Of a stretch of DNA of 64,000 nt, positions 27,637 through 39,149 are shown piece after piece. The notes under the pieces are model-generated. The model was not told where the DNA came from, ran no database searches, and saw only the letters and a program-made list of their open reading frames with translations. The translations under genes were made by a program, and so were the position numbers. Source of the DNA: Lama glama (Eukaryota); NCBI GenBank assembly GCA_028534125.1, contig CM052817.1, forward strand, positions 49,230,001 to 49,294,000. The letters run 5' to 3'. How positions within the stretch are numbered: the stretch's first letter is position 1; every line of letters begins with the position of its first letter.

Positions 27637-28361
27637 TAAACCATTTTATTCTCATGCAATCTAATGAGATAGGTGACTAAACCTCCTCCCCCTCAATTTT
27701 GCTTCTTTTTTCTTACACATCTATATTTTATAGGAAAGGTACAATGGGCATGTTTGTGGTCTTTGTATATTTCCTAGGTATCATAGTATTATATAGTAAA
27801 TCACCAGATTCCTGAGCCTTTGAATATGCTCATATATTTCCACTTTTAATATAATATGATCAGAATTTGATTATTTTAAATACCTCATTGCAAATTACTT
27901 GAATAGACTACAAGAGGTCTCATATCACTTCAATCTCACTTATATTATTTGTACTTTATTGTATATAATTACATGCATTTGATTAATATTTATAGTTTTT
28001 CTGGCTGACTAGTCTATAAAGATTTCAAATGTGTCTGTCTTATTCACCTATCCTTCTCCAGTACAGAGTGTAGAATCTGGAATCTATTAGGCACAGGATA
28101 CATATTTGTTGAGAAAATTGTCCCTTATTATGTGTTGGACAGTGAAAGACTGTTTTATAGTGACTATATCCACATGATCTTAAATTTCTCTCATAACGTT
28201 TACGTCTGTTATGTAGCCCAGAATCTTTGGTGATAATGAAACATGAAACACATAACATATGAGGAAATGGTGTGAAGAAACTTTATGTATTGCCTTATAT
28301 CATAAAAAGACAACATCTGAATTGGAGATAGAAAACTCTTTCCAAGAGACCAAAGATTTAC

Positions 28362-28510
28362 CTTAGGCAAGAAATTTGCAGGTTTGTAGTGGAGTCCTCC
28401 AAAAAATTCAAAATTTGGTAAGAGTGGGTGAGGAAATTCAAAATCCCAGTAGCTTCTTATCAAACACATTCCAGCTTACCCCAACAATTCACACTACGTA
28501 GTGGGTTTTC
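28362..28510 (-). pseudogene. Orphan UGT2 (UGT2B-like) exon-2 pseudoexon
   Basis: On - strand: tttctcag|GAAAACCC...CCTAAG|gtaaat, 149 nt; [48 protein letters not shown] with two in-frame stops. Confidence 0.9.
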
Positions 28511-28769
28511 CTGAGAAAGAAAACATGAAAAGAAAATTCATGACTTTGTGAATATTGGCCCCTATACCCACTTTTTCTTAGAAGATATAGCAATAAGGCT
28601 TCAGGTCCCTGGAGGTCAAGACGTTCAATATATGCAAGTAGTTACAAAATTGAAACTGGCATATAAACAAAATAAAACAAAAAAAACAAAGAAAAAAAAG
28701 CCATGTATGTGAGGGCTATGTATGTAATAAAATATTCTCACCTCTACAGCCATTCTAGTGTCAAAGATT

Positions 28770-29282
28770 TGTCAACTGAAATAAAATCACACAATGTGAG
28801 AGTTGTGGGTTAAGTTTTATTGGGGGCAAAATGAGGACTATAGCCCAGGAGACAGCATTTCAGATAGGCCTGAGGAACTGCTCCGAAGAGTCACGGGGGA
28901 ACGTCAGTATGATACATGATGTTATTGAAGGGGATACGTGCAATTAAGCACACATTTAGGCAGAGACTTGCTGCTGGTCACAAGGAGCAGATGTCACTGT
29001 TAATGATTTTAGTGCTTTTCTGGATATGAGGAGACATAAGAATTTGGGCAGATGAAATCTTCTCCTGAAAATATCCAACTAACTGTAGATAGACCTGTTC
29101 TGTTATTTTTCTCAGAGCAAAGAGTGCTTCATTCCTGACCTCCACCCTGAACTCCTTTCAGGGTGTGCTGGAGGTCAGGGCTGCAGCAGCTTGTGATTTA
29201 ATCCAAGCAGAGGTAGATGGCAAATGCCAGCGTGCTCTAACCCTTGTAGAGGCACACGGCAAGTGCCAGTTTTTAGTTGGCA
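28770..29282 (-). mobile_element. Solo ERV1-class LTR (MER41-like)
   Basis: TGTCAAC...GTTGGCA termini, 4-bp TSD gatt/gatc, tttatt poly(A) signal on -. Confidence 0.7.
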
Positions 29283-29859
29283 GATCCATTAGATTCATTC
29301 CCATTCTACTTTCTATGTATCACAAATTTAAGAGAACTGATACATTACATTTCTAGGCCGATATTTCTGTATAATTACTTAAGTTTATGATAAATATTAT
29401 ATTCTAATTGGCCATCTTCTCATTTTTCATCTTAATTCTTCCATCAGCATTAGGGTTGTGTCTCTTTTATACTTGTGACATTTTTTACTTTAATTCTATG
29501 GCATTTTAAACATGTTTTATTTTCTTGAATAACTGATGAGCCTCAACCTCCCAGAAAGACCCATATGACAGGGCTTCACCTGGGACATGTGCCCAGCTCA
29601 GAACCCACTTTGCTGCTCACTGAGAATAAAGAAATTTCCCAAAGTTGATGTAAATAATTGAATAAGAAATTGTTTTCTGAAGATTATAATGATCTTCTAT
29701 ATTAAATATAAACCTGCAGCATAAAGAGTTTGCATTGTTCACACTTGTCTCAATCAATCAGCCATGAGAGAATGAACAGATTACTCTTGGGAAACTGAAT
29801 TTCCTTTAGGTATACAGGGAAAAGCAAGTGGAGAAACCCCAGTGTCTTTTTTTTTTTAA

Positions 29860-31824
29860 GTCCAGAAAATTTATTTTTATTTTTTTATCATTTTTTATTG
29901 ATTTATAATCATTTTACAATGTTGTGTCAAATTCCAGTGTTCAGCACAATTTTTCAGTCATTCATGGACATATACACACTCATTGTCACATTTTTTTCTC
30001 TGTGATTTATCATAACATTTTGTATATATTTCCCTGTGCTATACAGTGTAATCTTGTTCATCTATTCTACTATTTTGAAATCCCAGTCTATCCCTTCCCA
30101 CCCTCCACCCCCCTGGTAACCACAAGTCTGTATTCTCTGCCCATGAGTCTATTTCTGTCCTGTATTTATGCTTTGTTTTTGTTTGTTTGTTTGTTTTTGT
30201 TTTTGTTTTTTTAGATTTCACATATGAGCAATCTCATATGGTATNNNNNNNNNNNNNNNNNNNNNNNNNNNNNNNNNNNNNNNNNNNNNNNNNNNNNNNN
30301 NNNNNNNNNNNNNNNNNNNNNNNNNNNNNNNNNNNNNNNNNNNNNNNNNNNNNNNNNNNNNNNNNNNNNNNNNNNNNNNNNNNNNNNNNNNNNNNNNNNN
30401 NNNNNNNNNNNNNNNNNNNNNNNNNNNNNNNNNNNNNNNNNNNNNNNNNNNNNNNNNNNNNNNNNNNNNNNNNNNNNNNNNNNNNNNNNNNNNNNNNNNN
30501 NNNNNNNNNNNNNNNNNNNNNNNNNNNNNNNNNNNNNNNNNNNNNNNNNNNNNNNNNNNNNNNNNNNNNNNNNNNNNNNNNNNNNNNNNNNNNNNNNNNN
30601 NNNNNNNNNNNNNNNNNNNNNNNNNNNNNNNNNNNNNNNNNNNNNNNNNNNNNNNNNNNNNNNNNNNNNNNNNNNNNNNNNNNNNNNNNNNNNNNNNNNN
30701 NNNNNNNNNNNNNNNNNNNNNNNNNNNNNNNNNNNNNNNNNNNNCCTCCTTTGTCGAAGATTAGTTGACCAAAAGTTTGTGGGTTCATTTCTGGGCTCTC
30801 TATTCTGTTCCATTGGTCTATATGTCTGTTTTGGTACCAATACTATGCTGTCTTGATGACTGTAGCTCTACAGTATTGTCTGAAGTCTGTGAGAGTTATT
30901 CCTCCAGCCTCTTTCTTTCTCTTCAGTAATGCTTTGGCAATTCTAGGTCTTTGGTGGTTCCATATAAATTTTATTATGATTTGTTCTAGTTCTGTGAAAT
31001 ATGTCCTGGGTAATTGGATAGGGATTGCATTAAATCTGTAGATGGCCTTGGGCAGTGTGACCATTTTAACAATATTGATTCTTCCAATCCAAGAACATGG
31101 GATATCTTTCCAATTTTTTAAAGTCTTCTTTAATTACCTTCAGACAAAATAGACTTTAAAACAAAGGCCATAAAGAAATATAAAGTAGGACATTTTATAA
31201 TGATTAAAGGAGTGATACAAGATGAGGATATTACAGTCATTAACATATATGCACCCAATATAGGAGTACCTAAGTACATAAAACAATTACTAACAGAGAT
31301 AAAGGGGGATATTGATGGGAACACAATCATAGTTGGAGATTTTAACACCACATTAACATGACTAGACAGACCTTCCAGACAGAAAATAAATAAGGCAACA
31401 GAGAAATTAAATAATACAATAGAAAAATTAGAGTTGGTGGACATTTTCAGAGCATTACACCCCCCCAAAATAGGATATACATTCTTTTCAAGTGCACATG
31501 GAACATTTTCTAGGATTGATCATGTACTTGGGCACAAAAGAAACCTCAACAATTTTAAGAAGATAGAAATTACCTCAAGCATCTTTACTGACCACAATGC
31601 CATGAAACTGGAAATCAACAACAGAGAAACAAAGGAGAAAAAAAAAAGAAAGCATGGAGATTAAACAATATGCTATTAAAAAAACAATCGGTCAATGATG
31701 AAATCAAAGTTGAAATTAAAAAATACCCTGAGACAGATCAAAATGAAAGCACAACCACACAAAATTTATGGGACACAGCAAAGGTAGTGCTAAGAGGGAA
31801 GTTTATAGCGATACAGGCCTTCCT
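29860..31824 (-). mobile_element. Young L1 with 5' inversion spanning an assembly gap
   Basis: 3'UTR and ORF2 C-half on - (29860-31140, [13 protein letters not shown]); ORF2 endonuclease on + (31140-31824, NIYAPN, GDFN, FSRIDH). Confidence 0.85.
30245..30744. other. Assembly gap (500 N)
   Basis: Run of N. Confidence 1.
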
Positions 31825-31972
31825 GCATTTTGTTTTAATCCATAATATAAAGTACACACTTCAAAGTTCAGCCCAACCTACTGTAAATTGGTTGGGCGGG
31901 ACAGGAAATGTGTTTGGATTGTGAGTCATGCACTTGGTTTAAACTCTGGTTTCGTTTCAGCGAGAGTCAATC
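31825..31972 (+). promoter_or_regulatory. Proximal promoter of UGT2C1-like copy A
   Basis: Conserved with copy B; HNF4-like CAAAGTTCA 31862-31870, GC box 31894-31899, AP-1 TGAGTCA 31922-31928, TATA-like TTTAAA 31938-31943. Confidence 0.55.
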
Positions 31973-32693
31973 ATGAAGACTGTGAAAGGCTTCTGCGTCC
32001 TTTTCATGCTGCATCTGGGTTTCTTTGACTCTGGAAGGACTGGGAAAGTACTTGTATGGCCTGCAGATTTTAGTCATTGGATTAATATAAAAGTGATTCT
32101 GGAAGAACTCCACCATCGTGGGCACGAGATAACTGTTCTGGTACCTTCACCAAGTCTCCTGCTTGATCATAGCAAGATTCCCTTTAATGTGGAGATCTTC
32201 CAACTTCCAGTAACTAAAGAAACTCTCAGGGAAGAACTCGATACCAATATCTATACAGTTTCTTTTGAACTACCAAAACTATCCTGGTGGGACATGCTAA
32301 TAAGATCTAGAGAAATGATAAACAATTTTTTAGCAATACCCAAAAGACTATGTGATAGTGTTATTTCAAATAAGGATTTGCTCAGCAGACTACAGGCAGC
32401 TAAGTTTGATATCTGTTTGGCTGACTCTTTAAACTTTTGTGGGGAGTTGGTGGCTGAGATCCTCGATATTCCATTTATATACTCTTTACGGTGTTCCATT
32501 GGGAATACCATTGAGAGACTGTGTGCTGGGCTTCCGATGCCTTCTTCATATGTTCCAGGCATTGCATCAAGACTGACAGACAACATGACTTTTATACAGA
32601 GGCTGAAGAATTGGTTGTTGTATACAATGGGTGATATAATCAATTTATATTATATATTTCCAGAATGGGATGCATATTACAGCAAAGTTTTAG
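31973..32693 (+). CDS. UGT2C1: UGT2C1-like glucuronosyltransferase copy A, exon 1 (signal peptide + aglycone-binding domain)
   Basis: ATG..TTAG|gtaaga, 721 nt, phase 1; GKVLVWP, catalytic His35 (FSHW) and Asp151 (ICLAD); LVPSPSLLLDH.KIPFNVE motif resembles rabbit UGT2C1 as recalled. The subfamily name is less certain than the exon. Confidence 0.88.
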
Positions 32694-34509
32694 GTAAGAA
32701 AAATTTGCATGTAATAAGGATTCTTATTTCATATGTTAAATGAAATACTTCTCTGACTGTATGAAAATGTACAAAAGATATTTTTAAGGGTGGATTCAAA
32801 CTCTTGCCCCTAAACAGTTTTCAATGAAAAAAAATGGTAATTCTTTTTTTCTTTTTATGTTTTGTTTTCAAAGATTGAGTAATGAAAATATTCCAGAGAA
32901 GGAATATTCTCTATATTAATGCATAAGTCCTGCTTGATGCTACTAAGTTTTTCAGGGTATCTGGAAAACCCAAATCTGACAGTGTGTTTAATTCCCATAA
33001 CTTTGGACTACTCTCTTATTTACTTCCTCTTTTATACACCTTGTTTTCTTTTTTATTTACTTCCTGTTTCTCAGACTTACTGTTTGCATCTTATCTGGAG
33101 TCTTTTGCAGTTCCATAGAGTTTAAAATTTAATTTCCTTGTTACTGATTTTAGAAGATATATCTCTTATACTCTATCATTCCTAAAAATTGTGTTTATTT
33201 CTAAAATTTTTAAAATGTGTTTGTACTTCTGATGTATTGTTCTGTATAGCCATTTCCCTTTTTTGTTTTTTGAGGTATCTGTTCTAAATCCCTCTGTGAA
33301 ATTATTTTTTCAACAACTCACAAACAATACGAGTGCTTCTGATGAACTATGCTGCCCAGGAATATGCCTTATGTTCAAAATGGCATCTGTCATAATCAAG
33401 GTTGACAAATTGCACTGAGACATTTCCTGGGCATTCTGTAAGAGAAGAAGGTGCTTTTATCTCTAGACTTGACCCTAAAGAAAGTTATATGCAAAAACTG
33501 CTGTACCCATCAGTCACCCTTGTTCAGAGTCCAAGATGCAAATGGCAAAAATGAGAAATGGTAATTTAAAATCTCATCCTGGTGACATTTTCTGAGTAGT
33601 AGATAAAGCAGTGACTGATTTATAGCTGGATCAAGGTCATTTGTTTGTTTCTGATTCCAGCAGTTTGGTACTCAGTTGTGGAACCTATTTCATAGTGAAA
33701 CGTTACTGGTAGGACATAGTGATCATGGTCTCTGATTCTTTCCTAGCTGTTTTTACCTAAGAATATTTGGAGGGGTTTGTAAATCAATAATCTGAGAAAG
33801 AAGAATAAAGGCTTGATAAATAGAAGAAACATCTTTCTTTACTCTCATAAATTTAAAAATACTATAAGATAGATCATTATTTGCCTATTCAGAATGTAAG
33901 ATCTTCATTATAAAATGTATTTAAAGCTTTTCAAATTTTTAAAATATAACTCATAGTTTATACAGTTATTAACTGAACCATGTCATAGATACATTTAAAT
34001 AATTGAGAAGGAAACCAGTAAGACAGCATTTCTTTCAAAAAACTACTTGAGGAACTATTTCTAAACATTTTGGAGAAAAAAGAAATGTTAGGGTAATAGT
34101 GCTAAGTTAGACCCCAAAATGATCAAAATCCTATAGTGCAATAATGTCATAATTTGGGGGATTGTCTTTCTACCACACAGAAATGTACAAATCTACATTC
34201 AAATTCAAAGTACCTGAACTCAACATCCACAGTAAAATGATTAAATGACAAAGTAAAACACATGCACATTTTCCTAAAGATGTAAATAATCTTCCAATCA
34301 TTAATTCCTCAACAATGCCCAAGCATAGTATTTAAAATGGCATATGTTTTTGGAAATTTGGGAAATGCTTTCCCAAGTTTGAGATACTGTCTCACAATTT
34401 CTTCATGCAGATCAAGCATTTCTTTTAAACTCTCATACTAAATTCTCTTCATTTCAATCCATTAAACATAACAGATTACTAACCTAGGAGTGCAGATTTA
34501 ACAACAAAA

Positions 34510-35095
34510 AGATATTGATATGAAAGAAAGTGAAGCAACCATATGTTCCTCAAATTCTACTCCTAGGTTTATAACCAAGAAAAATGAACACGTGTCCACA
34601 CAAAACATATACATGATTGCTCGTAGAGCATTATCCACAGTACCCTAATATGGAAACAATCCAAATGGTCATCAACTGATGAGTGGATAAACAAAATGAA
34701 GTATAGCCAAACAAAAGTATTACTCAGTAATAAAAGGTAAGGAAGTACTGATACACACTACCACAGGGATGAACCTTGAAAACATTATGTTAAGGAAAAG
34801 AAGGCAGCACAAAAGACCACGTAGTGTATACTTTTATTTACATTAAATGAAATAAGATTACTTTGGAATAGTCAAATAAAGAAAGAAGCAGATTAGTGGT
34901 TGTCAGGGGCTGGGAAGAGGGGGAAATGGAGAATGACTACCAATGGACATGGGGTCTCTATGAGGAGTAATAAAAATTTGTAAAATATACTAGTGGACAT
35001 GGTTTCACAACTTTATAAATATACTAAAAGCTACTCAGTTGTGTATTTAAAGGAATTGTGTGTTTTTATAAATTCTATCTTAATAAACCTGTCAA
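34510..35095 (+). mobile_element. Old L1 3' end in copy A intron 1 (paralog at ~62390-62965)
   Basis: tggaaacaatccaaatg...gatgaaccttgaaaacattatg; present in both paralogs. Confidence 0.75.
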
Positions 35096-36251
35096 AAGAT
35101 GGTGTGAGAATGAAGCATCACACAATGGGAATAAGATTATACCCAAAGCTGACACCAGTAAGCCACTGAAATGGGATATGCACTGAGTATGAGCTGGATT
35201 TTGAATACCGTTGTCATTATCAGAATCAAACACTTAAATTACTGAGATTCGCTTGTGATCTCTTACACAGATAGATTGTCCTGGTCAGTTCAAAATCCCT
35301 CACATTTCCTAATCAGAACTTAAGCCCACTCAGAACATCAAGAATATTCAAAAAGCCATGTGATAGGAAAACATAAAGCTACAGAGTCTTCATATTAGTG
35401 ATACTGAATATGTATTTCAAAAGGAAGCCAATACTCTGGATAAGGTTCCTTATACCACAGTAATTGAATAGAATTCAGAAATGAAGCTTGGACTCCAAAG
35501 AGAAATTATTTACTTCTCAGTCACTACTTTGAGTTCTTAAGCTGTTAACTGTCACTTCGTTGCCATTCAGTTCAAAGGTACACTTTTATTCCTGTTAGTC
35601 AGTTAAATGTATCAAAATACTACATATTTCACCACCAGCTTATTTAACACTGCTATATCTTCCCCAAAGAGGAGAAAAGGCTTGTCCAACAGGAACTTCC
35701 ATTTTGTATGCCAAAGGAGTAAATCACTTAAAAACAATTCCTTTTAATAATTCATTCCCAATACGATGTAATTAGTTGTGACAGCACACTGGAAAACACT
35801 AGGGGAAAAGACGGATTCAGTAAAAAAGTTTTTTTTTAAGAAACCAGAGGTTCTTGGAGCAACAAAAATGCAATAAACTGGAGAAGAGGGTGTTTGAGAA
35901 GAGGAGGAGACCCGACCATAGAAGTTTGAAGGATCACTGCCTGAGTTTCTTGTTCCTGGCTCGGAGCAGGTGTCCTTGCTGAGCGCGGAGTGGGGCTCAG
36001 GCTTAGCTCAAGCAGAAGACTCTGCTGGCAAAGATGAAGCAGCAGGCTTTTGGCTTTGTTCCATGCTTAAATTGGTCTTTGGTTATTGATAATCTCACTA
36101 TTTGTACTCTTGGGGAAAAGGCCAATGGATTTCACAGAGGTGACATCGGGCCAATATCTTCAAAGATTTCTCTTAGAAAAGTAGATGGTGAAACATTTCC
36201 CTTATAACATGTCAGCTTGTTTCCTCTCTATCATCCTTCATTTTTATTCAG

Positions 36252-36400
36252 GAAAACCTACCAAATTATGTGAGACTGTGGGGAAAGCTGAAATGTGGTT
36301 GATTCGAACTTACTGGGATTTTGAATTTCCTCAACCGTACTTACCTAATGTTGAATTTGTTGGAGGACTGCACTGCAAGCCTGCGAAGCCCCTACCGAAG
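36252..36400 (+). CDS. UGT2C1: UGT2C1-like copy A exon 2
   Basis: ttcag|GAAAAC...AAG|gtactc; 149 nt; [50 protein letters not shown]. Confidence 0.9.
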
Positions 36401-36765
36401 GTACTCGAATGTGCTGATTTTGCCTGTTTGAGAATTTATCTGCTGAAATGATTTGCAGTTTCTTATTGATAGTATTTGATCTGCCAACTGAAAACACATG
36501 CACAGGAATTAGCGGCCATGACTCTCTTACACTAGTAGACTGCAATCAGCAGGTCAGTAGCCTTCCTTTGTATTATGTGTTATTATCTGGTTGAAGTAGT
36601 CCCTGTATTTCCTTTTTCATACTTCATTAAGTCTTTATGAACATGTATATTCTACAGAAATGATAAAATATTTCCCAGTATCTCAACAATACCATTCTCC
36701 CATTGAAACTAAGTTTAAAGAGAGTGATAACTTTACATGTTAAGTCAATCTGTCTATAAACATAG

Positions 36766-37120
36766 TGTAATGATTAATTTTATGTGTCAACTTCCCTGGG
36801 CCTGGTACCCAGCTTTAGGCAAACATCACTATGGAAGTTTCTGTGAGGGTGTTTTTAGATGACCTTAACATTTAAATATGTGGGCCTTGAGTAAAGTAAA
36901 TTGCTCTGCATTTGTGGGTGAGCCTCATCCAATGAGTTGAAGAACTGAATAGAAAAGTCTGAACTCTCCCATGCAAAACAGAGTTCTGCCAGTAGATGGC
37001 TTTCAGACTTAACCTACAACAGGGGCTCTTCTCTGAGTCTTCAGTCTGATGGCCTATTCTGTGGATTATAATTTGCTGGCCTCCATAATTAGGTGAATTA
37101 ATTACTTAAAATAAATCTCT
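36766..37120 (+). mobile_element. MLT2 (ERVL) LTR
   Basis: tgtaatgattaattttatgtgtcaactt...gagtaaagtaaattgctct...cttaaaataaatctct. Confidence 0.75.
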
Positions 37121-38147
37121 TCCCTGTCTTCAGTGTGTCTCACACTTTTTTTTTGTCTTATTTGGTTGACTTAGCTTAGTTAGTAGCTAAACATAAAAGG
37201 AAAAGACTTCTTTTTTCTTCAGTATGATTAAATATGCTATTTTTATCTTGGATTCCAAGCCAAATTTTTCTATAATATTACTATTATCCCCAAAGTGTGC
37301 ATTATAAGTATTTCTGCTTTACTTACCTGGTCAGGAGTTATATGTCTACTTCATGTCTTGATGTGTTTGTGGAAGCTTATATAATGTATAAATATATCCA
37401 AATTAAAGAAAACTGAAATTCAAATTTAGAATAGAGTAAATTATACCAAAAGGATATCATTATACTGACCATGATTCAGCAGAAAAAAGAATGATAATCT
37501 TATTATCATCCAAGGCTAAATAAGAAATGAAGCCCCAGAACTATTTAACTTAAATGCTTAATTTGATGAGCATTCTGAAGAGACTCTTGGAAAGCAATAG
37601 AGAGTAGTGAATATAGTCATTCACTTTATAAACAACAAGCTTAATTTAGCTACTGCTTTATAGCCTTCAACAAATTATTTTACCTCTCTGAGGTAGCTTT
37701 TCCATCTGCAAATGTATACATATATCTTAAGATCACCATCTAAGTTAAATGATACATATAAAAAGCTCAACACATGGCAGAAGATAACATGTAGTCAATG
37801 ATTTGTAAACAGAAAAACACACACCTCAGAAATGTCTAGAACATAGTAGAAGGGAGCTTCCAATTTAAATATCTTTTAAAATCATTTATTTTATACAACT
37901 TTTAAAAATAACTTTCCATTTATAGTTATTGCAAGATATTGGCTTTTTTCCCCCATGTTGTACAATTAAATCATTGTTAATTTGCCTAATAACTAATGAT
38001 TTCAGTTTCTATATTTCATGCTCTGAAATGGTTAACATATGAAAAGACAAAATTATTCTAATAATTCAGACACATTGAGAAAGCTGTGTGACTAACTTAC
38101 TCTTGTAAGGGGAAACTTTCATATTATAAAGACTGTTTTCTTCACAG

Positions 38148-38279
38148 GAGTTAGAAGAGTTTGTCCAAAGCTCTGGAGAAGATGGAGTTGTGGTGTTTAG
38201 TCTGGGCTCAATGGTCAAAAATCTTACAGAAGAAAAGGCTAATATGATTGCATCAGCCCTTGCCGAGATTCCACAGAAG
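38148..38279 (+). CDS. UGT2C1: UGT2C1-like copy A exon 3
   Basis: acag|GAGTTA...AAG|gtcaga; 132 nt; [44 protein letters not shown]. Confidence 0.9.
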
Positions 38280-39149
38280 GTCAGATGCTTTTATTTTTGA
38301 GGGGCAGCTATTTCAAAAATCTATGAGGATCTCCTTAAAAGTGCACTTTTAAAATGTAGGAAAAGGTATTGGTGTTATTAGTGTCAACTGAACTGAACTG
38401 TAAATTAGAAGTCTTAAATGTTAAAAGAGGATATTTTATGGCTACCTTGCTTTAAACATGGTACTAATAACAGGAAAACATATTGCTGTATTTTCTTTAA
38501 AGAATGGGATAAAGCTTAAACCAAGCCATTCCTATTAAACAATTGATCAGCTTTATGTGCTGGTTTTAACGCTTCCATGTAACCTAACCTTCTTTTTGTG
38601 TTATTTATTTTTTAAGTCTGAGGCATATACACAAGCTACAAATAACATATCAGAGAATACAGGAAGAGACACTCAAAATTATACCATTGATTCACAGGCT
38701 GTCTTGGAAGTATATTTTCTTTTAATTAATGGTTTTGGACCAGGCCCTGGCTGAACTTGGAACTGACAGCTTAGATTCCAGGAATACTCCTAAATAATGA
38801 TTCTTCTATCTAAACAGTTAAAGATTTTAGTAATACTGTAAAAGATTTATGCAGTTCACTCTATGGCATTCCCACAAACTACGCATTTTTTTTTATTGAT
38901 ACCATCCTAGGTTATAACTGAGTGATGTGGTTCTTAAACTACCAGGGACATATTTTATTTTGTAGCTTTAGATAAAATAGCTAAAATTATATGTGATTTT
39001 AAGTTCCAAAAGATCATGACAATTCTTGTGCACATAACCAAATTACTTTCAAAAAATGTTTTGTGGAAGCAATACTCATTTAAACATCTCATCTAAATGG
39101 CATCTTCATGAAAATATTAAAATTTCAATTGTATTAAAATACAATGCTT

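Noticed and set aside
30187..30856. Long ORFs of 184-210 aa
   Set aside because: Artefacts of the N run
32251..32643. Antisense ORF over exon 1 (also 57561-57776, 11082-11300)
   Set aside because: Shadow frames of coding exons; length not conserved between paralogs
32694..32743. ORF extensions past exon 1 (also 58004-58176, and 5' extensions of the exon-6 ORFs)
   Set aside because: Intron read-through beyond canonical splice sites
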